Positions 11,638 to 24,672 of a stretch of 64,000 nucleotides of DNA are shown piece after piece (the first letter of the stretch is position 1; each line of letters opens with the position of its first letter). Under the pieces are notes generated by a model that did not search any database, was not told the DNA's origin, and saw only the letters and a list, made by a program, of their open reading frames with translations. Source of the DNA: Eledone cirrhosa (Eukaryota); NCBI GenBank assembly GCA_964016885.1, contig OZ024743.1, positions 115,630,001 through 115,694,000 on the forward strand. Direction: 5' to 3'. The position numbers were made by a program, and so were the translations under genes.

Positions 11638-12044
11638 TTATTATTATTATTTTTATTATTATTATTATTATTCTTATTGGCGACCTACGTAGGAAATCGT
11701 ATCATCGTGAACTCCGCAAATATTTGTTATTTTCAGTTGTTTAAAATTTCCATATACGGAAAATTTTTGTTTGTTAACTGTTTATATGTGCACATACATT
11801 GCTTTCTGAAAAGGACACTCAAAAAGATTCGGGCCTAGAGCCCAAAATTTAAACTTTTATAATTATCAAACAAAAAATTTCTTTTAAAAAAGCATGGACG
11901 ACTCACAGTTACACCAAGCAGCTGAGAGCCTTCCTCACAAACTAACACCTCACAGCAACACCACCATTGTAAATATGACTACGTTTGCCAAGACTAAAAA
12001 TATAAGCAGTAGCAATAATTTAAATTCATTTCCCGCCATTACCA

Positions 12045-13621
12045 ATGACTGCAGGTCTTGAAGCCGCCACCCCAACCACGGCAACAACAGAAACAAAAGA
12101 AAAAAATAAATTATCTCATGACATGGAAATTCATTCACCCAGAATCGACTCTTCCACACCGAACACCACTGACGCTACCACCACCACAACTGAAACTAAA
12201 AACAACAATAACAAAAAAAATAACAATAACAACAGCAAAAACAAGAATGAGAATAACAACACCGTGTCGTTTGCCAAAGCAGCCAAACAATGCGAAACAA
12301 TCCAGCAGGAGTTAGATGAAGCCAAGAGAATGGTAAAGAAAGATGGGTACAGGGCCAGCCCCCCCACCCCCCTCCACACACACCTAATAAAATGGACCAT
12401 CGGCGCCTATGCACCGTGTCTTATCGGACGATTAACATAAAATCGCGCCGAGTGGAACGGGCATCCGAGTTCCAAATCCAAAAACTTTGGGACATGTGTG
12501 GGCAAAAAAACCCACATCAGACGAGGGCAGAAATATGGAACCGTGGGCGTGTTCTTTGGAACACAGGAGGCCAGAGAGCACTCCATGGCCCTATTAAGAA
12601 GCGACGACTTCACACCCGTCCCAAACTATTTTGGCCAGAGACTCGTAAAGATCAGGGTGACCACGTTCAACCGGCCATCGAAATTCCCTGGCTAATGGCT
12701 GGCATCCTCGCCGGTATCGAGGCCAGCACCAAAATAATAGAAATAGCAAAAGAAAAGTAGGAGAACTGGTCCGGATCTGGGATGTAGCTCCTGATCCAAG
12801 CGGACAAAAAAGCACTGACGGCAGCCACCTCACCGTAATCATCGAGGGTAGAAGGCCTAGGTGTGTCGTTTGTGGTGAATGAAACCACCTAAGGGCTCTC
12901 TGCACTCAGGCTAAAAAGTAGAGGCTACTCCTCTTAACCACCAGCAGCAGAAATGGCAGCAACAACTGTAGCAGCAAAAACAGAAGCAACTGTACCAGCA
13001 AACAACCCCAGCAACAGTTGCAAAACCAACACCACCACCACCCAAAGCGCCAGAACTAGCACCAGCGCCTACACCATCCACCACGCCACAGCTAAACTAA
13101 CGCCTGTGGAGGATTTTCCACTCCCCGACCTATCGTAAAAAAAGAAAAAGAAACCAAAACAAGAAAAAATCCTATTCCTTCCCCCTCCAAAAACAAATAA
13201 GGTATCAAACAAAAAAGTTAGGACAGCTATGCCACCATCCACACTAGCATCACCAACCCCATCACCACAAACACCAACACCATCACCATCATTAACCCCA
13301 ACACCACCATCACCAACACCACAGAAGTTACCAAAAAGCGAAACAGAATAAAACCCACAACAAACGCAAACAAAACAAAACAACCAAAACGATACACACT
13401 TCACACCATTAAATTTGAACAACAACCAATTACTACACTACATCCAACACATCACCAGCATCACAGAAAAAGACTACACAACACCCCAAAAGTTCACACC
13501 ACAACCACACTCACATCACACAGGACTCTCCAGGAGGATTTATAAGGATATCCTTCCGGAGGAGGTCACAAGCAGTGAAAAGGATGCAGAAAGCATCCTT
13601 CCTGTACGAGAAGTAAGGTAA
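12045..13621 (+). pseudogene. Tx1-like ORF1 (gag-like), frameshifted
   Basis: Pieces SFAKAAK..ELDEAKRMV and CTVSYRTINIKSRRVER, a decayed CCHC near 12863-12903, and the end ..ILPVREVR*. Homologous to 24673-26717. Confidence 0.8.
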
Positions 13622-13655
13622 GTGGTCTTTCCCATCTTTTCAACTCCATTTCAAC

Positions 13656-16600
13656 ATGACTTCACTCAGAATAGGCAGCATAAATGCGCCTGGCTTGGGG
13701 TCGTCATGGATGCAGGGCCACTTGCTCAACGACCTCAGGTGACTAAACATAGATGTAGTGGCCATCAGCGAGACCAGAATCTCCGAAGCACGGGCCTTCG
13801 CACCTATCTTCGGTGGCTACGATGTGTAAGCATCTCCCAGCCGTCCTGGATCGGGGGGAAGAGTTGCTGTGCTTTTTCGGAGAGGTTTGGATCTCGCCAT
13901 ACGGGCCATCTTCCTGGACTCAGAAAGGAATTTGGTGGTGCTGGACGTGACAAGCGGAGACGGGCAAGCTTTCAGGTTAGTGGCCGTCTATTTCCCGATA
14001 GGAGCAGGGCGGCCTGATTTCTTCCTGCGTCTGGAAACCTTTCTTGGAACATCTCGTTCTTTACTGTTAGTGGGCGACTGGCACGGGATCATAGATGCAC
14101 GCTGGGACTGTGTGGGATTAGTGGATAGGAGAGGAGGGTGTAAAAGCCTCGCAAACCTGCTCAGACGTTTTCAATTGTCTGACAGGTACCGTCTGGATTT
14201 CCCAAATGTGCCAATGTTGTCATGGACAAACCGCATCGGGTGATCCAGATCATATTTAGATAAAGTATTTTGTATGGAAATAGATAGATCTAGCATAGGC
14301 TGTCCACAGTTCAAGATAGTAAGCTACACGGACCACAAATTCGTGATATGTGTGCTTGACTTAGACAGGCTTCATAGACGAGGACCCGGCTACAGGAAGC
14401 TAAACGCGTCCCTATCAGCGCGCAAGGCCTACAGCGACCGGATTAGCGAACTAGTTAAGCGGGCGTTGATATGCCATCGTCATCAAAAAATAAAGCAGAG
14501 GGAGAACTATTTAGAAAATTAGACGGGGCGCTTAGCAAATGCATTGGGGCCGACGTACTTGCGGCGAAATTTGCCCTTGACCAATTCTTCAATGCAAAGC
14601 ACGAAGGCTGCGTTGTCAGAGCTAGGGTGCGTTCTTTCAGACACCAGGGTACGAAAGCCGTTCAATGGGCCCGATGGTGGAGCCGTGTCGTGGTATCAAA
14701 GCCACGGTCTGGTCTTTGGTGGACCATGACGGGCGCTTGCTACTCGATCCCGGGAATATGTGTGAAACTTTTCAGCGACACTTCGCTCAGCTGTTCTGGG
14801 GCAGCGGCGGATCGGATCGAGGGATGGACTCTAGTGTCTACCTCGAAGGACTGCCGCGGCTCTCGGCCGCTGAGGCGTAGCGTTGCGAAAAGCCGATAAC
14901 AGCAGCTGAAATACGGGAGGAAATGACTGGCTGCACAAGGAGTGAATTGCCTGGTTTTGATGGTCTGCCCTATGAACTTTACGTACAGATTCCAGACTTG
15001 TTCGGAGGCCTCTTGGCGGACGTCTACTGCAACTGGTAAAAGAAACGGGAGAATTCCGAGCTCTGTGAGCCGAAGAGCAGTGGCGCTGCTGAGAAAGGAT
15101 CCGAACAAGGGGGATAACATAGATGATTTCAGGCCCATAACTCTGCTAAAGTTCAAGATTTTGGAAAGGGGCTAGCAAAGAGGTTGGCGCTTGTCGTTGA
15201 TGGTCTGGTGGGCCAGGCGCAGACGTGCGCCATTCCCGGCATATCCATCCAAGACAACCCCCACATCATGCGATACATCGTGGTGTGGGTAGCTAGGGAA
15301 CCTGGCACGGGTCGGTCCTTGATCAATTTAGATTAGTCGAAAGCTTTCGATAGGTTCGACCATCGTTACCTAAAGGCAGTCCTTAGGGCGGCTGGATTTG
15401 GGCCCGTCTTCAGAAGCTGGATCGCTGCCATGCACAGCGACATCTGCTCTGTGGTGAGAGTGAACGGTCACGTTTCGGAACCGTTCAACATCATGCGCTC
15501 GGGCCGCCAAGGATATACCCTCTCGTCCCTCTTGTACATATTGACTCTCGAGCCATTACTGCACAAAGAGGGAACGTTGAGGTGGATCCTGCGCGAAGTA
15601 GGATGCGGAAGATTCGTGTTAGCATATGCGGACGATGTCACCGTAATGGTGTCGAACGCCAAACACATCGAGGCGATCGGCTCTACACTTAGAGAATACG
15701 AAGCGTTGACAGGAGCAATGTTCAACCAGGAAAAGTCAGTGGGCCTGCAGCTCGACACCTGGAGACGCAGGTCCATGCCGTCCAACAGCGTCGTCTGGCG
15801 CTGGAAGGACGGACCGGTTAAATTGTTAGGGGTCTGGTTCGGTCCGGACCTCCAGACGGACAAAAACATGGACGAGGTAACGAACAGGGTGGCTTCTCTC
15901 ACCCAGAAATGGGCGGAGAGGAAGCTATGCCTGAAATGTCGAGCGGAGGTGGCTAACGTGTACATCGCGCCCGTTATCTACTACCGCCTGACCGTCGTAT
16001 CTTGTCTTAAGCCTCGCCTGACTACGCTGGAGCGTTTGCTGTTTCGCTTTTTGTGGAATGGACGCGCTACATGGTCAGGCTGTCAACACCCACTACGTGG
16101 AGGGCTGGGCTTGCTGTGGCTGAAGATGCGCAGACACGCGCTCAGGCTACGACATCTCCACCTCTTCCTTGACGATGATTAGGTGTGGTGACCGTTTGCT
16201 AGACGCGTCTTTCCCCAGCTCGTCTCCTTGATGGAGCTGCAGTCCTGGGTCAAGCGAAGACCGAGAGGGAGCGCTTGGAGACTGGAATGTCTTCAGGCGC
16301 TCACAGCCTTCGACCAATCGGGCAATGTGATCGGTGGAAACTGCACCTTGACGTCCTATACAGGATTATTTGAGGGGAAGAGCGACGACGTACTTGTGGA
16401 AATTCTAGGCGTCGACGAAAATCAACTAGCCAATCTCTTCGGAAGAACTTTCGGGCCGGGGCCTATGGACAACTTCCAGAAATCCCTGGCCTGGCAGTGC
16501 TATCGAGGAGTTTTGCCAGTTCGGTATAAACTCTACAGGTATGGAGGTACGGTCAGCCGGGCATGTCTGAGATGCGCGCAGGGCGACGAAACCGTCCTGC

Positions 16601-16972
16601 ACGCACCCGTCCAGTGTCCGAGCATTGCTGACTTGTGGGTTTATGTCGAACACCTGCTGTCGCGAGTAGGCGGATCCAGCTATCAGCTGAGTCGATCGTG
16701 AGGATTGCCCCACCCTCTTCCTTTAGCCGGGAAAGGCAGGCAGTTTTTATCTGTCTGGCAGCCATGGCGAAAGAGATAGTATGATTGACACGTTTGAAAG
16801 GGCTGAAGACGAACACTTACCTCTTCGGTGATGCCCTGATTAAATTTTCAAATTTCATTTGAAAAGGAAAATCAGGGTAGAGAGAGAAGTGCTCTTCCCT
16901 GCAGTTTGTTGAAAGATGGGTGAGAGAGTCAACAATGGCCCGAGTGAATACTCTGAGTATGTGTGTGTGTAA
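13656..16972 (+). pseudogene. Tx1-like ORF2 (APE endonuclease + RT), frameshifted
   Basis: Starts ATG-ACT-TCA-CTC-AGA-ATA (MTSLRIGSIN). ORF pieces 13869-14243, 15430-16182 and 16228-16701. Confidence 0.9.
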
Positions 16973-18034
16973 ATTAAAGGTGGAAAACTGGGAGAGGGCA
17001 CTTTCCCTGGTGGTCAGGGTCACTGTGGCTTTTTAATGGGCTTTCTCCACGAATGTCCCTCGGAAGATTCCCCCCCCCCCCCTATTGGGGAATGTTTTCA
17101 TTGTTCTATTATTACATCCTCTGTTTTTTTTGATTTTTTTACACGCAGAAATGCCCTTTTGTACCGTCCTGTATTGCCCTGTACTGTCCTTAATGTCTAC
17201 TTTATGTAAACACTTGTGGTTAATAAAGAAAGTATTATTAGTGTTATTATTATTATTATTGTTATTGTTTTGTTGTCGTTATGTGTATTTGTTTTATTGT
17301 GTGTGTACGTGACGTGTAGCGTTAAATCTCTATGTATACACAGGTTATATGCTGGACTATCTGAAGATCATAAAAAAATATATCCCTTGATGTTACATAT
17401 TAAATTTATGGTATACTCGTCACGACATTTATTAATGTGTTTTTTTCATTTCGGGCGTAAGATGTTATTCTGTTGGGATATAAATAGAGGTATAATTTTA
17501 ATACAATTTGAATCTAGTGCAGGTTTTATATTGGCTATTAACTCTCTCAAGTGTTCTTGTTCTTTCATATTTGTTCTTTGGTTCATTAGTGACAGATATT
17601 ACGTAGATGATGAATGTACATATGGAACCCTAACTTCTGATTAATTCATAGGGTCGCTATAATGATATGCAGCGAGTCATGAACATTTTAATCATGGCAG
17701 AGCCATCTTTTCTCCTTCTCCAGATTTATTCAGTAAAGGAGAGAGAAAGAGATAGATATATAGAGAGATGAGAGAGAGTGAGAGAGTAATAAGAAGTAAG
17801 CGAACAAAAAAAAGCATCCTTACTAGCCTTTTACCATTCATCGACCTTAAAACGAGGAAATTATAACTGCACATGATTTGAACTCAGTGTTGACTGTTGG
17901 CACGAATACCAGCAGTCAACACTTTGTCGATTTGCAACCCCATGTTGATGCTATTGTCGAGAATATTGTGGACTTTTGAAGAAAAGAGAAGCAATCCACT
18001 TGCTACAGTAAAGTGAGAGTAACATTCTTAATAA

Positions 18035-18222
18035 TAATTGTTTCTACTTTTGGCACAAGGCCAGCAATTACCCAGTGTATTACTGGTACTTTATTTTATC
18101 GATCCCGTAAGGATGAAAGGCAAACTTAACCTCGGCGGGATTTGAACTCAGAATGTCAAGGGCCGTAATTCTATGCGTCAAATCATGGCGTCCGAGCCTC
18201 TACCGATACTGCCAATCCACCA
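18035..18222 (-). mobile_element. SINE family S1
   Basis: Reverse complement of the 1634-1820 unit. Confidence 0.9.
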
Positions 18223-18737
18223 ATAATCTATATCAGACATCGTCGTTTATAACTTTTAATTAGATATTGCCAATGAGTATCGGATGCCTGCTTACGCCAA
18301 ACACTCATATCTAGAGACAAGCAGAATCAATGAATCGTAACTTAACTATTAATTAGTAAGGGAAAACGCAATGAAATTAAATTTGCAAATTCATACTAAC
18401 ATACTTTCAGCCTATTTAACATTATTTTTCTGAGTAAATTCAGAATAATCATACTATAATTTGTACATGGACAATTTGTTGAGGTTAAAGAGCATTTTGA
18501 ATTTTCTTTTCTTTTCTTGTTAGCCAAATTTTGTTTGAAAGTAAGAATTTACTATTCAGTTTATACAATTTGGTGAATGATGTTTGCACATGAATGTTTG
18601 AGGTAATTGACTAATTGATTCGGCATGAGATTTTATAGACGGCGATTTAATTAGTTAAGAAGTAGTATCAATGAATGTAAACCTAATGTGCAGTATACAT
18701 TCAAAAAAATATACGATTGAAATTAAGTTATATTATA

Positions 18738-18923
18738 TGTGGATTGGCAGTATCGATAGAGGGTCGGACGCCATGCTTTCCAGCATAGTTACGTCCCTTT
18801 ACGATCTGAGTTTAAATCCCGCCGAGGTTGACTTTGCCTTTCATCCTTAAGGGGTCGATAAAATAACGTACCAGTAATGCACTGGGTAATTGCTGGCCTT
18901 GTGCCTAAAGTAGAAACAATTAT
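18738..18923 (+). mobile_element. SINE family S1
   Basis: Near-identical to 3172-3357. Confidence 0.92.
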
Positions 18924-18934
18924 ATACATTAAAG

Positions 18935-19220
18935 CAGCTGTTCTCAAACTTTTCCCCTTGTGGAACGCTTGAAATTGGTTTCATTTCTCAGAGAACCCCT
19001 GCATAAGAAATTGTTATATTCTATTATTAATATCAATCTCTTTTATAGGGACAAGTAACGAACAAGTTAGAAATTAAATCATAAGCACAGGTTTTTTTCC
19101 GAAAATATACCGTACGTGTGTATTGAAGTTAGGAAAAGGAAATTAAACATAAATCAATGAAAACTACATTAATTATATATGATACTTTTTCGTGGAAACC
19201 CCAGCGACCTTTTGCGGAAC
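18935..19220. mobile_element. Possible hAT-type non-autonomous DNA transposon fragment
   Basis: Begins CAGCTGTTCTCAAACTTT, resembling hAT/Charlie termini. No second TIR seen. Confidence 0.35.
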
Positions 19221-19221
19221 T

Positions 19222-19428
19222 CATTTTTTTGTTCTTGATGTCATCAGCCTCCAGAACGCCCAAATACTTGTATCCTTCTTCAGAGTCAATTTCCTTTATC
19301 ATCTCAGTATTGGTACCTGGATTCCGTTACTTCTGCTCAACTTACCCCTCCTCATCACAATGACTCCACACTTACTAATATCAAATTGCATACATATATC
19401 ATTGCTGAAAATACGGACAGTGTCAACA
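19222..19428 (-). mobile_element. R4/Dong-like family A internal RT fragment abutting (TTA)n
   Basis: Collinear with about 8703-8909 (EEGYKYLGVLEAD region). Confidence 0.88.
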
Positions 19429-19480
<52 letters not shown>

Positions 19481-19482
<2 letters not shown>

Positions 19483-22400
19483 AGTTGCATTTATCTTGCT
19501 TTATGTTCATACGAGTTATCACCAAGTCACAACCAGTGACCTCAAGAGACAAAAGGTCCGCCATGTTCAAGAAAGAACATACATACTCACACATGCATCT
19601 TTAGTGTTTAGACTTGTGATGTACTTATATTGACAGAATCTTCCTTAGTATATGGGCAGTTCCCATTAGTACTATCTTTTGTATTTCTCCTATACGCGGG
19701 TTTCCTGGGATTTGCGATAAGTAATCATTAGACCCCTTAGGTATCATACCCAGAGCGCCTACAACCACTGGTATTGTTTTAGTTCTCAATTTCCACATTT
19801 TTCCAATTTCTATCTCCAGGTCCTTATACTTGCTCAATTTGTCAAATGTTTTTATAGATACGTTCTTGTCTATTGGAACAGACATATCAATTAGCAGGCA
19901 TACCCTCTTTTTAAAGTCCTTCAATATTATATCAGGTCTATTTGCATCTATTTTTCGGTCTGTTTGGATGCTAAAGTTCCACAAGATTGAGATGTGATCT
20001 TTTTCAAGTATGGGAGGTGGTTGATGCTCCCACCAATTCTTTTGATGGGGCAGGTCAAAATGCTTACACATTATCCAATGTATGTATTGTGCAGCTCTGT
20101 CATGCCTGTTTAGGTATTCGGTTGGAGCTATAGGACTGCACATTGAAATTATATGGTCAATGGTCTCTGGTTGTGTTTTGCATACACGGCATAATGGGCT
20201 GCATCCATTTTTTATTATGTTGGCGTGGTAATTTTTTGTTCGCAGACACTGATCTTGTGCTCATATAATCAGTCCTTCAGTCTCCGATTTCCATCCAGAG
20301 GATGCCAACCACTGATGGGTTAAGGTTTTGTCAACATCAGGATTGTTAGCTCGCTCTGGGTATTTTCCATACAGAGGCTTTTCTTGCCATTTCTTAGCCA
20401 GTTTCTGTGGCAGTTCTTTCTTTGCAGTTACTTTTACCTGCTTTGCTTTTTCTGTGTTTTCCATTTCAGCAGTAAATGGGACTTCTGAAATTTGTCGTCC
20501 ATTACTGTATCTTTGTGCATCTTTTTCTAATGGAATATGATCTTTTGAAGCTTTCGTGTTTCAAAACGAGTTTGATCATCCAATCATGTGATTCCCTTAG
20601 ATATGTAGATAATCCAATTGTTGCAGTTTTCAACGCAATGTCTAACTGGATTAACCCACGTCCTCCTTCTTTCCTAGGGAGATATATTCTATCTATATCT
20701 GCCTTAGGGTGATGCATTCTGTTCATGGTTAAGAGTTTTCGAATTTTTGTATCGAGCCTACGGATCTCTGTGCTTGACCAGTTGATGACATTGTAACTGT
20801 AGGTTACTACTAGTATGGCAAGCGTGTTTATGGCATCCATCCTATTCCTTGCATTCAATTCCGTTCTTAAGATTGCTCTTACTCTGCGGTAACACTCCTT
20901 CCTTATCCTTTCCCTCATTGTCGAGTGCTTGATTCCGTCTCCTTCACAAACACCTAGATATTTGTAAGTTTTTTCTTGATCAAGTTCTCTTATCACGTTC
21001 CCCCGATCAAGATTAATGTCTGAACTCTTCAGCAGCTTTGTGAACGTTTCTCTGGCGCATTTATCTAGTCCAAACTCCATTTTAATGTCATCACTGAACT
21101 GCTCCACAGTGGATAATAGCCCTTGCAATTGTTCATCATTTTTTGCAAATAGTTTCAGGTCATCCATATAGAACAAGTGATTAATGGTTTTGCCATAGAC
21201 TTTATATCCGTGTTTTGTTTCATTGAGCATTTTACTTAATGGTATAAGTGCGATGCAGAATAAAAGCGGTGATAAAGAGTCACCCTGAAAAATTCCACAA
21301 TTAATATTAACTTCTCCAGCTGCCAGTGATTGTGTTTCACTATTCAAAAGGAGTGTCGTTTTCCACTGTCTTCATACTGAATGACAAACACCTCCTGACA
21401 ACGGGGGATATTTTGAAAATCTCTAAACATTTTTCTATCGAACTGTGTGGCAAACTATCGAATGCTTTTTTATAATCTATCCAAGCAATCGATAGAATTT
21501 TGTGTCTATTATGACAATCTTCCAGTATCATTTTGTTAACCAGAAGCTGATCCTTACAGCCATATGAGCCTCGTTTACACCCTTTCTGCTCAATGGGAAA
21601 TAGGTCATTTGTTATCAGGTGGTCATATGTGTATTCAGTTAGGACTGATGTTAACATTTTATACATTGTTGCGAAGCAAGTTATCGGTCTGTAATTTTGG
21701 GGATTGTTTGTCTCATCATTCTTCGGAAGCAGGAATGTAATGCCGTTAACTAGCCATGATGGTATCTTTTCTGGCTCCTTAACTATTTCATTGTAAAGTT
21801 GGGCTAACAGCTCATGAGACTCTGAGAAGGCATTTATCCAAATGTTTTGTAATTTGTCTTTTCCTGGGGATTTCCATTTGCTGGTTTTTCTTAGAACCAA
21901 GCGCAACTGTTCAACTGTTATATTTTCCCATATTTGTTCCTCAAGGTGAGCTGTATCTTTCATTTGTCTGTCTATCCATGGGGCATGTATATTATGAACT
22001 TTGTCTTCGGCCCAGATCTTTTCCCAGAATTCTTGCACTTCCTCCTTGGGTGGTATTGATTTAGCAGTTATTGTTGACTTACCAATTTTTCTGTAGAAGT
22101 TTCTTTGATTGTTTTTGAACATATTATTGTCCTTATAGAATCTAGATCGTTTTTCAAAGCGCCTTATACGAGTACATTTGGCCGACACTTTTTGCTTGAT
22201 TATTTCTATCAGCATGTCTATGTCACTTGTTGATATTATACTGTACTTTTTTTTCAATTTTCTAAGTTTAGTTTGTTTAACATGTTCACCTACTTTATAG
22301 TTTGTTAAAATTTCTATGTCCCATCGGAGAAGGTTTATTTGGCGATTGATGTTCTCTTGCCAAGTAGATTTCTGCTGGGAATTCCTTTGTTTTTTTTATC

Positions 22401-23430
22401 TTCACTCCACATAAGTGAGTGGTGACTTTAGCCGATGCATAATAGAGATGATTTTAAATCAGTAATGTTTAGTTTGTTTGTGAAGATAATATTTTTTGAG
22501 AATTATGTTAGTCTTGTGTATTATCTTTTGGAGTTCTGGCTCTTAGGGAAGGTGTCTCGTTGCCCCATGTCAGATTCTTTCATTTTCATCCATTCGATCA
22601 TAATTTCATCCTTCAAGTTAGCAAGTTCATTCTCATTCATTTCTTTATCATTTACGATCTCATTATTTTCATTTGGAGTTTCATCTTGAGCATGCACTCC
22701 CTCCACTTTTTCGATCCTTTCTTTAATTTGTTCTGTTGCCAGTGATTCCGCCCCAGCCCTGGGATTCGAAGTGTTACAATTTACCTCGTTTTCACTGACA
22801 CATGTTTCATTTCCCCATCGCTGACTTTGTGCTAATAGCTTGATCTGATCAACTTGTATATCAGTTAGTAACTTTTTTCTTACAATATTTCTTCGTATAT
22901 TGGCTAGTTTGTTACTGTCAATATAGCCTCTGTTTTCGGGATGTTTCTTTTTCCAGTTGATATATGTCTTTTCTGTATTCGATGTATTTGATGGGTAGTA
23001 CATGGCAGTGTAGAAAGCCTCAAGGACTTCTTTATTATCTTCCCTTGACCATTTTTCTCTCTATTTCTTTGGATTTCTTGGTGTTGAGCATGGAGGGCCA
23101 ACAGTAGGAGTATTCCGGTTATGGGAGGTTTCCAGCTCCGAAGTGATGGGAAGGTTTGAACCATTAGCTGCTTTTTCGACCCCAGTCTGGTTCCTCTCGG
23201 AGGGACGCGGCCCTTTTTTACCCGGGTGACGGCCGATCCGGTATGAGATTTTATCATTAGACATTTACTTTATTTTGTCGCATTTTATCCATATCCGCCA
23301 AGGGGTAATCATTTCGTGTTACCACTTCTAGAACGAGTGTCAATCAAGACTAGAGGGCTCGTTCTCCCCTAGAGACACGGCTATTCGCCGCCGGCCGCCA
23401 TCCCGGTATTTCTTGGTCACGGGGTTTTCT
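19481..23430 (-). mobile_element. R4/Dong-like family B retrotransposon, apparently full length but frameshifted, with (TAA)n tail
   Basis: ORFs 23061-23264, 22521-23003, 21340-22257 (YRPITC, DYKKAFD), 20502-21347 (QGDSLSP, FYMDDLKL), 20261-20464 and 19625-20143 (RHD, RPDIILKD..LIDMSVP). (TTA)n at 19428-19480. The protein is clearly distinct from family A. Confidence 0.93.
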
Positions 23431-24405
23431 TTTTGTTGTTTTTTTTTAAATTGTTATTATCATGAGTGGTTCCTTAATGTGAGCATTGCGTGGCTTAAGA
23501 ATGAAATTATTAATAATTGTCTCCACTCCAGGCACAAGGCCAGCAATCACCCAGTGCATTACAGTAATATAATATACTTTTTGCTGAAGTTGCCTGTTTT
23601 TGTTGTTGGCTATGTCGGTGGCGGTGCTGGGGTTTTTTATATTGTTGGTGAGGAAGGGGTGAGCCAGCAGTGCCATAGATGTTGCCGTTTGGCCGGTGGC
23701 CAGGTCACTAAGTCAATCTATTTATATCTTTTGCTAGCCTCTCCCTTGTCTAGTGATACCGCCACCTTCCCCTTTCTCAAGTTAACAGGGGAATAGTGGT
23801 GGTAGCAATGAAGGAGTGGTGGCGGTGGTGATGGGATAGTGGTAGCAATGATGGATGGAGTGCTGGCGGCGGTGGCGTTGTCGTTACTGAGTTTTGTGAT
23901 ATGTAGTATCTATGAGTTTGTGTCGCGTATGTTTAATATATATTGTGTTGACATATTCCCGTAAAATTGGAATTAAACATTTTGTTAAAACTTGAGACAA
24001 TAATAATAGTAATTATTATTATGATGCTGGGATTGGTGGTGGTGGTGGTGGTGAAATTGCCGTTATCTGGCTGTTATATTTAGTGTGATGGGGTAGGTGG
24101 TGTATCAAGTTTCTGGTGTTGGTGAAATTGCTGTTATTTGGCTGTTCTATATAGTATAGACAGAGGGTGATTTCTTCCATTTATAACCATTTTCTTTTTT
24201 GAATACAAAATATATAATACAAAATTGAATATTTGAGCGATATAACAATATAATATGGATCCGAAATTTTATGGGACTTGATTCGGTGGTTAATGCAACA
24301 TTTGTACTCAGAATTGTTATTTTACAATTGATTTAAATATGTTAAAAATCAAAAACTTACGGGAGCGATTTCATGACCTTCTACCACCACGTGCGTCTTC
24401 TTCCC

Positions 24406-24458
<53 letters not shown>

Positions 24459-24672
24459 GAATGCTATGGTTGACGGAGGCTCGGCTCTGTAAGGAATTGT
24501 AAATTTTGAACGCTATAACAATTGTAAATTGTTTGAAACTTTAACGAACTTGTAGACAAAAACACCCTCCTCCTCGTGAGAGGGGTCTTTCTGCCCGTTA
24601 TTTGGCCCTTCGGGGTTAAGTAACTGCTTATTGGGGTTTTGTGCCAATATTTATTTTAAACAAAAAAACAAC

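Larger units (their letters stand above)
11679..17233 (+). mobile_element. L1/Tx1-like two-ORF retrotransposon copy 1 (degenerate), flanked by (TTA)n
   Basis: ORF1 remnants at about 12045-13621. ORF2 remnants at 13656-16972 with APE (ISETR, VGDW, YTDHKF), RT (FRPITLL, AYADD) and C-terminal CLRC..H..C. AATAAA is followed by (TTA)n. Confidence 0.92.
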
